Origin: Hormiphora californensis
Lineage: Eukaryota; Animalia; Ctenophora
Assembly (NCBI GenBank): GCA_020137815.1
Contig: CM035358.1
Location: forward strand, 7,378,001-7,442,000
Reading direction: 5' to 3'
Length of the DNA: 64,000 nucleotides
Part shown: piece by piece, positions 43,954 through 55,792 of the stretch
Layout of the letters: each line of letters opens with the position of its first letter
How positions within the stretch are numbered: the first letter of the stretch is position 1
Made by a program: the position numbers and the translations under genes
The notes under the pieces: generated by a model
What the model saw: only the letters and a program-made list of their open reading frames with translations
Databases searched by the model: none
Told to the model about the DNA's origin: nothing

Positions 43954-45244
43954 GGGTGAGATTCCTTCCCACGCCCTTGAGATGCAGGCCGCGGCTAATG
44001 TCTATTTTTTTAGATAGCAATAGTGTCCTACAGACCAGGCAGGGAATCTTCAGGGGTGACCCGGCATACCCCGGGGTAAACCATGAAGCTCTTGAACTGC
44101 CTGGAGCATCTCACATACCACTCCAAGGAAACAGAGCTGCCCTCCTTGGGTGGTGTGTTTTTCTCTCTTCCTTTCTCTAATCCGCTCATGACTCATCTCT
44201 CTCTGAATAGAGATACCCGGCCGGTATTACACCATCTCCCCAGCCTTGTGCACTGGGCCAAAGTAGATGGCTAAATACCGGCCAAAACCCGTCCTCCAGC
44301 AAAAGTCCAGGCTGGAGGAGGTCTAATCTCAACTGGCCCCCCTCTACCTTCTGTCCACCTAGCCTCTGGACAGGTATAAAAGGTCTAACAAGCTAGGTCA
44401 TAACTGGTTAGCTACCACCGACTCTCGGCAAAATTCCCACGCCGAGGTCGAGATAAACTCAAGGGGTGTTTCCGTAGCCCAACAGGGAGAAACTACACTA
44501 ACCAGTAGCCTCGCTACTACCTACGCTTCTTCAAAAGTCCATGAGAAGCGTAGGAGATTCCCAAATGGCGATTACCCCCCAAACGATGAAGGTAACAAAC
44601 CAACATCATCACTCTCTACCAACAAACAAGCCTCCACAAAAACCTGATCAACAAACAGAACAAACCACTATCCCATGCTACAAAACAAATTTCTATGAGT
44701 GACGCACATAGATACCTAACCCACTAAACATTTCACACGCCAGAGTTCCGTTAATTGGGAAGGAACCTGCCCTAACTACCCCATGAACGGCCGGACGCTG
44801 CATCTGCATCACGAACAAAAAGTGATGTTCCATGAACCCACATGGAGTACTGATTACAAATCAGAGGTTGGCAGCGCAAAATCTACAAAGGTGCCATAGT
44901 CAATGGAGCGTCCGAATTGTCCTAGCCAAGGCCACATCTAGAGCGATCAATGCTGAGATGCCACTCACCAAGGGTCGCTGGAGATATCCGAGACTGGCAC
45001 AATGTGAAAACAGTGCTGGTGCGGTCCTCTTCATGGGACCTGTTAAGATAGTTATGGGAGACGATTCCACCCTTATCTCCAAAACCATGGACATAAGACG
45101 GAGGAAGAAAACTCTCCCGGGGGAAAGAGGAAACTCTGGAACCTGAGCTCCGTCCTTCTCGGGCGTGAGGAACTGGCTGCCGGACGGGATAAAATCACAA
45201 GTAGAGGATTGGAAGCGGAGGCACATACAACAACAACAACAACA
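43954..45244 (+). mobile_element. Probable non-autonomous non-LTR retroposon with (CAA)n tail
   Basis: 11-bp direct repeat ACACCCTCCGT at 43943-43953 and 45245-45255; (CAA)n 3' tail; no recognisable RT ORF. Confidence 0.55.
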
Positions 45245-45548
45245 ACACCCTCCGTTATTATTTCGTTAATTTCCTTTTGAGGATATCATATCTTTGATGT
45301 CCGACTTTTGTTAAGTTGCCCTTCAAAATATTGATTGGAATATCAAATTCCATACAGTTGTATTACTTCATTGTGGGAATATTAAATTCCAATATGACGT
45401 CTTCCTTGATTGAATTTGCAATATAGTTACAGTTGTGCCTCACGTAACGGTCTCCCTTGCCTCCGGTCAGATCTCCCGGATCTCGAGATCTCCGGAGACG
45501 TCCCATGGAGATCTCCGGAGGTGCAAGGGAGGCCTAGTGGAACAATTA

Positions 45549-46283
45549 ATGGATACCAAACTAACCTATCTCCATCCTCTAGATATTATGACTACAAATA
45601 CAGAATTGATCAGATCGGTGAACAGAGCCTATCTCCCGTTCTCCTGCTTAGCGCTGTTTGCTTTGGTTGCCATATTTGGTAAGAACACTCAGCTGATTGT
45701 TTATATTTCATGTCGTGGCTACCCAGAATATACTGCGTATGCGGCCACAACTAACTCACAATTGTCTGATTGAATCGATTCTCTTGATTCCTCCCCAAAA
45801 TAATATTCATTCATAATTTTCAGGGAATGTCTTCGTCGTGTTATTGTTTGTGAAGCTTCGAAGGGTTGCCGGTCGTCTATCACCTCACATGTAAGTATAC
45901 ACACATTGTCTGATCTCGTACTAACCAACTTCTAACCAACTTGTAAACTTACAGAAGTTACACAATGAACAGGATTTTCCTTATATTTTACTTCTGAAGT
46001 CAACATGTGGGGTTAACTTGGTTTTTTACCACATTCCATCTCAGATTCCTGACAAACTTGGCGTTGTGTGACTTGTTCCTTGGACTAAAGCTCCCCTTTT
46101 TCTTTCTTGTTACCCTTCTCATGGGATCTTCCTGGATATTCGAGGACCAAAGTCTGAGCTGTACTTTCGGTGGAATTGCAGACTCTTTTGCCATTCGAGT
46201 TACTGTTGCTGGTACGTAATCGCTTCGCTGCAATTCGAATATGACCGCCGGTCATTGACCGGTCTCTACAAGTGAGATATAGA

Positions 46284-46344
<61 letters not shown>

Positions 46345-46473
46345 GGGTTTCACAGTTATATAATAACCTCACCGAAGCAATAGTTATAAAATAAACCGTC
46401 TGCAGATTTAACCCGGTCCTGGGATAAATGGCAGACTGGCAGAGATAGAGAGAGAGAGATAGAGAGAGAGAGG

Positions 46474-46504
<31 letters not shown>

Positions 46505-48183
46505 CATACTGTTTAACTAGATGAGTCTGAAGGCATAATTTTTCTAATTTCTCTGCACCAAGTCTAGACGATTCACCCCCCCCCCCTTCAGGAATGACTG
46601 CAGTGGCTATCGACCGATATTTGGCTGTCTTTACTGCCATCAGATACCCCAAATTGGTTTCAAGTAGACGGGCTGTTATGACAGTGGTGGCTATTTGGAT
46701 CTACTGCTTCCTATCGTCCATGGTAAGATTATTAGCAATTAAAATAAATTAGTAAAGTAATAGCTATGTACCTAGTAAAAGGTACAACGCCTTGAATTCA
46801 CCAATTACTTGGTGACATTGACACCTAGTGCGTGCGAGATCGAGGTCGCGCACGGTGTCTATGTCACCAAACCAATTACTCGATCAAACAGTAAACTATA
46901 TTAGACAAAGTTTAACCCGATGATATCTTCAGATCCCATTGATACTCCGAACATTCGGTTTGATGAATGTAGAGTACAGATTTAACAAAGACCACAATAT
47001 GTGTATACCACAAGCACCCACTGGGGAGGACAAACTTACTATTATTGTAAGTAGTCATCTTAATTAATTAATTAACTAGTTCAACTGAAGTCACTCAGCT
47101 TTTAGATTCGAGTCTGTATTTTTCAACATAATGAACCTATACATAGTGTACTAATTAAAGAGAACACACTTGAATCTCTCTACCCGACTCATCCTTGTTA
47201 AGTAAGGGGTGAGACCTCAATCAACAACAAAACCAATCCAAGCTAATTCAGTACTAAACCTTTACAGCTCTACAACATATTGGATCAAGCGGTTAACTTT
47301 GTTGCCCCACTTTTCATAATGAGTGTGTGCTACTTTAAAATTGTCAAGAAAATCGTCCGAAAAAACAAGTGAGTCTCTGTCTATGATAGATAAATATTTG
47401 AAGTCAAACTATATATTCCTTTCCTTAATTAGACCCTAATCTAACTCAAATCACGAATTCGGAATTGTAAAAGTCTAATTTAACTCAAAACTCTTACCAG
47501 GGTGAGTAGAAAGTTCAGGGATTTCATCAAGAACGCCCCACGCTCCATTGGTTTGGTGGGAGGGCCCGCTGCCCAGGACTACTTTGTTCCTCAGAGTATC
47601 GTCTACGAGAATGAGGTGGGTGTTACTTAGTTAGTTAGTTAATTAATTAATTAATTAAATAATATTTTAATGGGCCTAGTCTGATATATTATGGATAAAA
47701 ACTTTTAGTTCTTCTACACTTCCTCTATTTTTTCTTTAAGTTTCATCTGTTTTTAGTTTTGTAGCCTGTAGGACTCGTTAGAAATAGTTTTATCGTTACG
47801 GTGTTGGAATGTTTTGCAAAATGCAACTGGCTGTCAATCCAAAGAGCTTGTTAACCAACTGATTCTCTGGTATTATATGAGCTTGTCCGAGTTGCAGTTA
47901 AATACCAGCAATATACCAGTTTATATGTCTGGTATCATAAAACACACAAACCATCAGACAAGCAGAAACAAGATGGTCATCTTATTTCTCTCATCCCTTA
48001 CTCAACAACTTTATTTACTAGTATTTGGAATGCTAACCCCTAAAATCTCGTTAGGTTGAGAGAGAGGAATTCATAGAACTCCCAGCCATCACTAAACCAT
48101 TGCAATCCAACACCTCAAGGTAAGAGAGCGATAGAGGGCGAGAGAGGGAGAGTTAGGGATTAAAAGAGGGAGAGAGATAGATA

Positions 48184-48257
<74 letters not shown>

Positions 48258-48259
48258 AG

Positions 48260-48305
<46 letters not shown>

Positions 48306-48383
48306 GAGAGAGAGAGAGAGAGAGAGAGGAGAGAGTAGAGAAGGATGAGAGAGAGACGAGAGAGAGAGAGGAGAGAAGAGAGG

Positions 48384-48437
<54 letters not shown>

Positions 48438-50314
48438 AGCGAAAAAGATAGAAGATAGAAGCTGGGAACCTGGTTAAAAAGCGTGACTCCTAACTAGTGC
48501 AGCAGCCGTCTGAGGTGTACCATCTAACCAGATCAGCTATATAAATTCAAATAACTCACGGACCGACTTCTCAAGTACTGAAATATTAGACACGCATACT
48601 TTTAATGGGAAGTCTGGTACGCATACTTTAGATCTTAAATAAAAAAAGTAGATTAGTAGAAAAAGAGTAATGAGATCTACGAAGAAATGAGCATGTTTTC
48701 TAAAAACAATTTGGTTTTAACACATGTTTCTCCCTCAGTGGTACCCTCCCCTACTCCTGTAGCACGGGTTGCACCTCTACCACCAGTGGAGTTAGCAGTT
48801 GCACTACAATCAGTACTGGCACCCCTGTAAAGATACCTCCCATTACTCCCATCCTAAAACCAGCTACTAGTGTTGAGAAGGCTCACCCGTTAATGAAAGC
48901 AGGGAGTTTGACTCCAGTTAAAAGGTCCTATAAAACACCGGGAACACCAGTCACCAGGGTGTTACCTGCAGTACACAACACCTACAAGAGGCACCCAGCT
49001 GCTGTGTTCTGTACACCGGTTAGGAGGGGAAACAATGTGAGCATGAATGGGGGAGTAGCCGGCATGAGGAGCTGCCCTGTCTCACCCTCACGAGGTGCTT
49101 CTAGTCAACTGAAACTACAGCTGACCTCCAAATCTACACCTAAAATGCACAGTCAACTCAAAATGACAAGGTACATGATTTTACTATCGAAATATCAGGA
49201 TTCCCGACATTGAATCACAATAATTACTTTCCAAATTGCCCCACCCTAATTACCCTCCACTTGCACAGGTGTAATCTCCAGATATCCAAGGAGAGGCATG
49301 GTTCCGACCAACTCCTAAAGGGGGGTGTACGGAGACTCTCAACAGCTGTTATGACAAGTTCCCTGATGAGCCAACTGAGAAGATTATCAGTGGTTTCAAC
49401 ACACTTCCATCGCATGACCAAGTAGGTTTTAGGATTTAACGTTCTAGAACGTTCTAAAATTGAATCTATAAGAGTTTCGGTTCATATCTGGCTGATTAGG
49501 AATATTAATATCTGTCTGATTAGAGCTTTGTCCACGAAGAACATATCAGGGAAAACTGACAAGCCTAGACAAGTCCCTCCTAGTTCTATTAAAACCCCCG
49601 ACCATTTAATTAACAAGCCCTCCCTACTGTCAGATATCAGCAAAAGATAGCAAAGACCACCGTAGTCGTCTACCTATCCTTCGTGTGCTGCTTTTCACCG
49701 TACATCCTAAGCCAGGTGATTAGTTGTTAGAGAACCGTGGTCAGAGCATTGAGGGGAAACAGTCGTGCCTGAACCTGAGGTTCAGGAACGACTGTTTTTA
49801 AATTTTAACTTATCTTTTGTTATGGGATATTATTATTATTAATTCATCTGACCTCATTTCTTTGATAATTATATGTGTTCAATATTTCACATCTTTTTTG
49901 TCAGACGTCACATGACCTTGAAGGGTCCGACCAATGTCACTTGACAGATAGTAGCCCCACGTCAAGAGGTCTATACTATCTATATCACGTGCCATTTTTA
50001 GGCCCTGTGTCGTGGGATCTATGACTATAACGTATTAGCCCACATATATATATCATGAAATGTGTGGGGTGTGGCCTATATTGAGCTGTCTATTTCGAAA
50101 CTAACCACCGGTATTTCCCCAGATGATAGTTCAAATACGGAGCGGGTTATCTGAGGAACTGTCAGAACAAGACTCTACCTTCCTGTTTGTTAGCATTTGT
50201 CTGGTGTATCTGAATGCTACAATCAATGTCATCATCTATGGAACGATGCACAGGAACATCAGAGCAACGATGAAGGGATTGTTCATTAGAAACACGGGAA
50301 CACCTAAAATATGA
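45549..50314 (+). CDS. Class A (rhodopsin-like) GPCR with a long third intracellular loop, about 12 exons
   Basis: Exons ~45549-45678, 45824-45890, 46044-46211, 46592-46721, 46933-47046, 47268-47368, loop exons ~47501-49400, 49634-49715, 50123-50314. Motifs GNVFV, FLTNLALCDL, AIDRY, RYP, IWIYC, FVAPLFIMSVCY, FVCCFSPY, YLNATINVIIY. Confidence 0.88.
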
Positions 50315-50629
50315 ATACATTCTATATCATGGAGTTAACTAATTTATTTTAAATTGATCTTTAAATTTGTCTAATTTATGAACCTTAACTTTATATCATT
50401 TATCTTGATATGACACTCGAGTTTTGAGAAGGACTAAAGTAAAATTTCAGTTAATTTATTATGATGGGAATAATTTATATGTTACGATTATCCGCCGCAC
50501 TTATATTGTGAGTAAGTGCTTGTTGTGCACGTCCGTTACGATGAGACAACGAGAGAGATAGAGAGAGAGGAACTTATGGATAAGAGAAAGAGGGAGAGAG
50601 AAAGAGAGTGAGAGGAAATTATGAATAAG

Positions 50630-50937
50630 AGAAAGAGAGGGAGAGAGATAGAGAGAGGAAGAGATAGAGAGAATTCAAGGTACTCCTGCTTGCAAAGTCA
50701 AGTGTAATTATGAACTTGTCGTATATAGAGCAAGCATGAGTGTAGTTTTGATAATCTTTGTGTAAATCGTTTTTTGAAGTTTAGAGAAAGAGAGGGAGAG
50801 AGATAGAGAGAGGAAGAGATAGAGAGAATTCAAGGTACTCCTGCTTGCAAAGTCAAGTGTAATTGTGAACTTGTCGTATATAGAGCAAGCATGAGTGTAG
50901 TTTTGATAATCTTTGTGTAAATCGTTTTTTGAAGTTT
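50630..50937. repeat. ~155-bp tandem duplication
   Basis: gagaaagagagggagagag...caaggtactcctgcttgc...tttttgaagttta occurs twice. Confidence 0.85.
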
Positions 50938-51066
50938 AAATACCGTTTTGTGTCTTTGTCCAAAAAGTCGACTATAAATAAAGAATTTGATTGCTAATTT
51001 TGCTGGATGGAGAAAGGAAGTCAATTAGAAATTTTTTGATTGCGAAACATTTTTACTTGTTTATAG

Positions 51067-54000
51067 ATGGAGAAGGGGAGTAAGTTGCTGAGGGGTAACT
51101 GGGTTGAAGCAAAGGCCACAGAAGGTCTTGATCCGGATATAGAGGTTGGATGCACTACTTCGAGACGGGTCAGTAAACAGGGACATGATGGCCTCCTGAC
51201 ACAGGACACACAGGCTGCTTCGGAGAAAGTATCCAGCAATGCAGGTTTGTACCAAATACTTCCCAGATACTTCCTTCTCATTTCCCATTTCTCATTTTAT
51301 TCCTACCTCCATAGTCCAAACTGAAGACGTCTGGCATAGATCCTGTTCTTAATTGAATATTAGTACTGCAAAATCGTTGTTTCTCTTTAATTCATAGTCC
51401 AAACGCCTTTCATAAAAGTAGCTCTGGCTTTCTACAAGAGTTGATTCACACATCCAACATGTAGTTAAACATGTGCTGTAGGGAAAGAACCACTTGCCTA
51501 GTCAACTAGTAACCTTGAGAAATAAGGATATTATATCCTTGTGACCACAGGGCGTTTGCTATCATGCATCCTTCAATCACGGATTCAAGACATTGCAAAA
51601 CTCTTATGGAAGTTATATATAGTTAACTCTTGCAGTTGCAAGGCTAATTTTATCAATTTATCATCTAGTTTTAAAGAGGGGGGCCTGATAGCGATGCTAA
51701 AAATAACTTAAAATGCATATGCTATTTTATGACTTGTGCCCTATCAATCGATAGCTAAATCCTTTAAAACCCCATTTAGCTAAACCTCCATTTATGATCA
51801 GAATTGAACCTAGAAAACCTAAAAAACCTAAACAACAAGAATAAATGCATTATGATTCATAATGCTATGTTTCCCCGCCAACCTTTCATTCCTAACATGA
51901 AGGCGGGACAGACATTTCGGATGATTTATACATCACGCAAACAGTATAGAACAAATCCTTGTGTTTTAGTTGCACTAAATTGCGCGCCACATTGCGGAAT
52001 TGCGCGCCACACATTTCCTGAAAACGTTTCAATGAAGTGATTTATGAAGGAGCAGGTTGTTGTTGTGTGTGCGGCTCTAGTTGCTACATGTTGCCCCTCG
52101 CAACCTGAAACGGGACAAGAGAGTTGACTTGCTACACATAGTCACTATATCCGTTTAGATTTCTAAACCCCTATGCCTTTTTGCAAAAGGCATCCGGGTG
52201 AAGGCCTTCGGCCTTCACCCGGGCGGGGAAAAAATTCCGCTCTACATTTGGCATTTACATATATACAATCGCATACATTGTCTTGTCCTGTTGTTTCTCC
52301 TAAAACCTAAAAAACCTAAACAACAAGAATAAATGCATTATGATTCATAATGCTATGTTTCCCCGCCAACCTTTCATTCCTAACATGAAGGCGGGACAGA
52401 CATTTCGGATGATTTATACATCACGCAAACAGTATAGAACAAATCCTTGTGTTTTAGTTGCACTAAATTGCGCGCCACATTGCGGAATTGCGCGCCACAC
52501 ATTTCCTGAAAACGTTTCAATGAAGTGATTTATGAAGGAGCAGGTTGTTGTTGTGTGTGCGGCTCTAGTTGCTACATGTTGCCCCTCGCAACCTGAAACG
52601 GGACAAGAGAGCTGACTTGCTACACATAGTCACTATATCCGTTTAGATTTCTAAACCCCTATGCCTTTTTGCAAAAGGCATCCGGGTGAAGGCCTTCGGC
52701 CTTCACCCGGGCGGGGAAAAAATTCCGCTCTACATTTGGCATTTACATATATACAATCGCATACAGTGTCTTGTCCTGTTGTTTCTCTTTAATTCATAGT
52801 CCAAACGCCTTTCATAAAAGTCATAGTCCAAACGCCTTTCATGAAAGTAGCTCTGGCTTTCTACAAGGGCTGTCTTCAATTGATTCACATTCAACATTTA
52901 ACATAGACATGTGCAGCAGGAAAAGAACCACTTTCCTAGTAACCTTGAGAAATAAGGATATTATATGTAACCAGAGGGTGTTTGCTATCATGGATCCTTC
53001 AATCATCCTTCAATCACGGATTCAAGACATTGCAAAACTCTTATGGAAGTTATATATAACCGCTAGTTAACTCTTGCAGTTGCAAGGCTAATTTTATCAT
53101 CTAGTTTTAAAGAGCCTGATAACGGTGCTAAAAATAACTTGAAATGCGTTTGTTATTTTATGACTTGCACCCTATCAATCGATAGCTTACACGGTCGCTT
53201 GTAGTGGGAAAACGGTAATGGAAAACGAAGATACAGTAAGACGACGCGCAACCGTGGCCAATCAGTACGCTAGTACGTGCTGACACATGAACTTTTTGCC
53301 GCACGTTATGCAACGTGTGTGTCTCATTACTGTATTTCGCAATACCGTATTTTGACTGCAAGCAGCACTGTAAATCCTTTAAAGCCTCATTTAGCTAAAT
53401 CCCCCTAATATAATAATGTAGATCCTTCATTTATGATCAGAATTGAACCTAAAAAATCTAAAAATTTCCGCTCTATAATTGGCAATTACATATATCGCAT
53501 ACAGTATCTTGACCTTCCGAAAAACTGACAGAATATCATGTCCTATTGGGGACAATTATAGGTTGTGTCAATTAGAACTAGGAAACTATGGGATATAATT
53601 GAGAGTGTAAAGAAGTAAAACAATGAGTTTGGAATATTTAGGATGCTGCTTAAGGGAATGCATTTTCTAGGGTGATCGGGGAAAAGCTCAGCTATTGCAC
53701 AGGTGAATGATGGCATATGTCCATAATTCCGCACCTATTACCCTCAACCTTTATTGTCACTCAACAACTCAACCTATAACTGGCGGATGGCCATTTCGGT
53801 CACCAACGTAGCAGCTTGAGAAGTTTTAACGGTTTAGCTTTTTTTGAACTTCTAAACCCTTCCATCAGACATAGCAACGCAGCTTCACCCCTCCACTACC
53901 AGCCTAGGCGGTTTCTAGAACACCAGATGATCGTATGCCCTGTGGTTATAAAGCTAAACCCTTTCAACAGAAGGTTATGATGGCTTGGCTAGACCGAGTG

Positions 54001-55098
54001 CCTCTGACGTGAAATTGCATTGCATAATCATTTGAAATTTATAGCTATCTCACAACTATTTTAAGGGCGGGATCACTGCCTGTGCTAAAAATAACACATG
54101 ATGCCATGTCTTCTCACCGACCGTTCAATATGTTAAATTGCACATGAACGGCACATGATAGTTTGATTGCGAAACCAATAATTTAACCAGCATCTTTTTG
54201 TCCCTGATCGTGCATAAACCAGTATCTAATTTTGCCTCACCGGCCAAAGTATTTAGAAGTATAGAGTGAAAAACTGAAGTTTCCATAGCGATATGAATTG
54301 ACACTGATTTCCTTTTTCCACAGCAATCTACCAGCCCCTTCCACCACCGCCCCGGTCCACGGGCCAGAGGGCACACGATCGGAAGATTGACCTGATTAAA
54401 CAGGTTGGCAAGGATCTGTACAATGAGATTCATGATGATCTTAACAAGGCACCTGAACCAACGGACTACACGACCACTCAGGGGCACTACCAAAGCTTGT
54501 AAGTTGCACCCTAGGATCCCTTTATTGGTATGAAATATTTTCAGTTTTCCGGGATGTTTTGATCTGCTATAATTACTTTACTAGCATTTCATTCGGTAGG
54601 AGAGTTCTTAGGAACAAGACAAGATGTTCAGTAACTACTTAATTATCATTCTAAAGAACTGAAAGGAATGTGTGGTAATGCAGTTAGACAGACCTACTAG
54701 TATGTTGTTGAGTAACTCAACAACTATTAAATGCTTATTTCCAAGATACTCTCTGACATAAAATGACAGGTTCTGCAGAAACATTTTGCAAAAATTCTTA
54801 TTCTAACCATTTCTCTCCTCTCCATTAACTATTTCTCTCCTCTCCACTATAGGCACCCGGAGTTAACTATTTCTCTCCTCTCCACTATAGGCACCCGAAG
54901 TATGCTACAGTTGAGCATACTGTAACCAAGGAGCACAATTTCCTTTCTGACCAGCCCGCTACGTTCTGGCATGAACAGCTGGGAGGGAAGGTCATGCCGG
55001 GTCTGACGAACGTGGCCAAATCTGGGAATCCATTCCACAAAGACAGCAAGTTCAGCACCCCTCTGGATGATCCGAGGACACACATTGCACAAGCTTGA
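51067..55098 (+). CDS. SPAG8: SPAG8-like ciliary microtubule inner protein, 3 coding exons
   Basis: In-phase exons 51067-51244, 54324-54498, 54891-55098: LLRGNWVEAKAT..LD, GHDGLLT, YQP, DQPATFW, NPFHKDSKFSTPL. These match SPAG8-family motifs as recalled; no search was run. Confidence 0.75.
51834..52722 (-). mobile_element. Two HINE-like copies (51834-52234, 52322-52722) in a 488-bp tandem duplication
   Basis: Same architecture as 15119-15756 in reverse: aacaag, gcattatg/cataatgc stem, subTIR tttccccgcc / ggcggggaaa, hairpin ccgggtgaaggcc-ttc-ggccttcacccgg. Confidence 0.75.
53190..53370. mobile_element. Small TA-flanked insertion with degenerate TIRs
   Basis: Absent from the paralogous segment at ~51750 (gatagctaaatccttt); gcttgtagt / actgcaagc near the ends. 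Confidence 0.55.
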
Positions 55099-55792
55099 TC
55101 TGATATCATGGGACATGGATTAGAATAAAGGATTAAAAAATATGGAACTGCATACACGTGTGTGTAAGAAGGATCAGATTGTCGTTTATAATTTATGGTT
55201 TTACATTTGAATGTAGGCTTTTTGAAACTAATATAACTTGTTTGTTTGTTTGTTTGTTTGTCACTAAACCATGGAAGCCTATCTAGTAGTAGTAGTAGTA
55301 CCTACAAACCTACAAACCAACCAGGGTTTCAGATTTAGAGATAGTCATGAACAACCATAAAATGGAAGATCCACCTGCTGCTATTTAACAATTCTGTTGT
55401 TCATTGTGTCGAGAATTAGTTGTCGGCAATCATTTCAGAATTGAAGTGGGTCGATTTCTCCCCCTGCCAATATTCGTCTTATAATTATCCACTATTGTTC
55501 ATGCTTTTCGCGGGCGGTGGAACAATTAAGTTCTTTGGGAACTTTTCTGTCGCAGAACTAAAGTATTTTCTGCCGTGGGTGGTGGATCTTTGGGATAAAT
55601 ACAGCGGGTAGAATGACATACTGAAACAGTCACCATGTGACCATTTAACCTGGTGGGCACATTAAAGGAGGAATGGTGCTTGACGGCTCGTGAAGAATCC
55701 TTTGTCCTTATAATGGGGTTAATCAAAGGGGGGGGGGGGGACGGCCGCATATTTAAAGGTCATTTTCTCCTCTAAGTAATTTACTTTTGAAG

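Noticed and set aside
45549-50314. Opsin
   Set aside because: Position 7.43 is Tyr, not the retinal-binding Lys.
50830-51288. Minus-strand ORF resembling a P-element transposase C-terminus (CIAGYFLR...C..C)
   Set aside because: The plus strand gives an in-phase SPAG8-like exon with stronger motifs.
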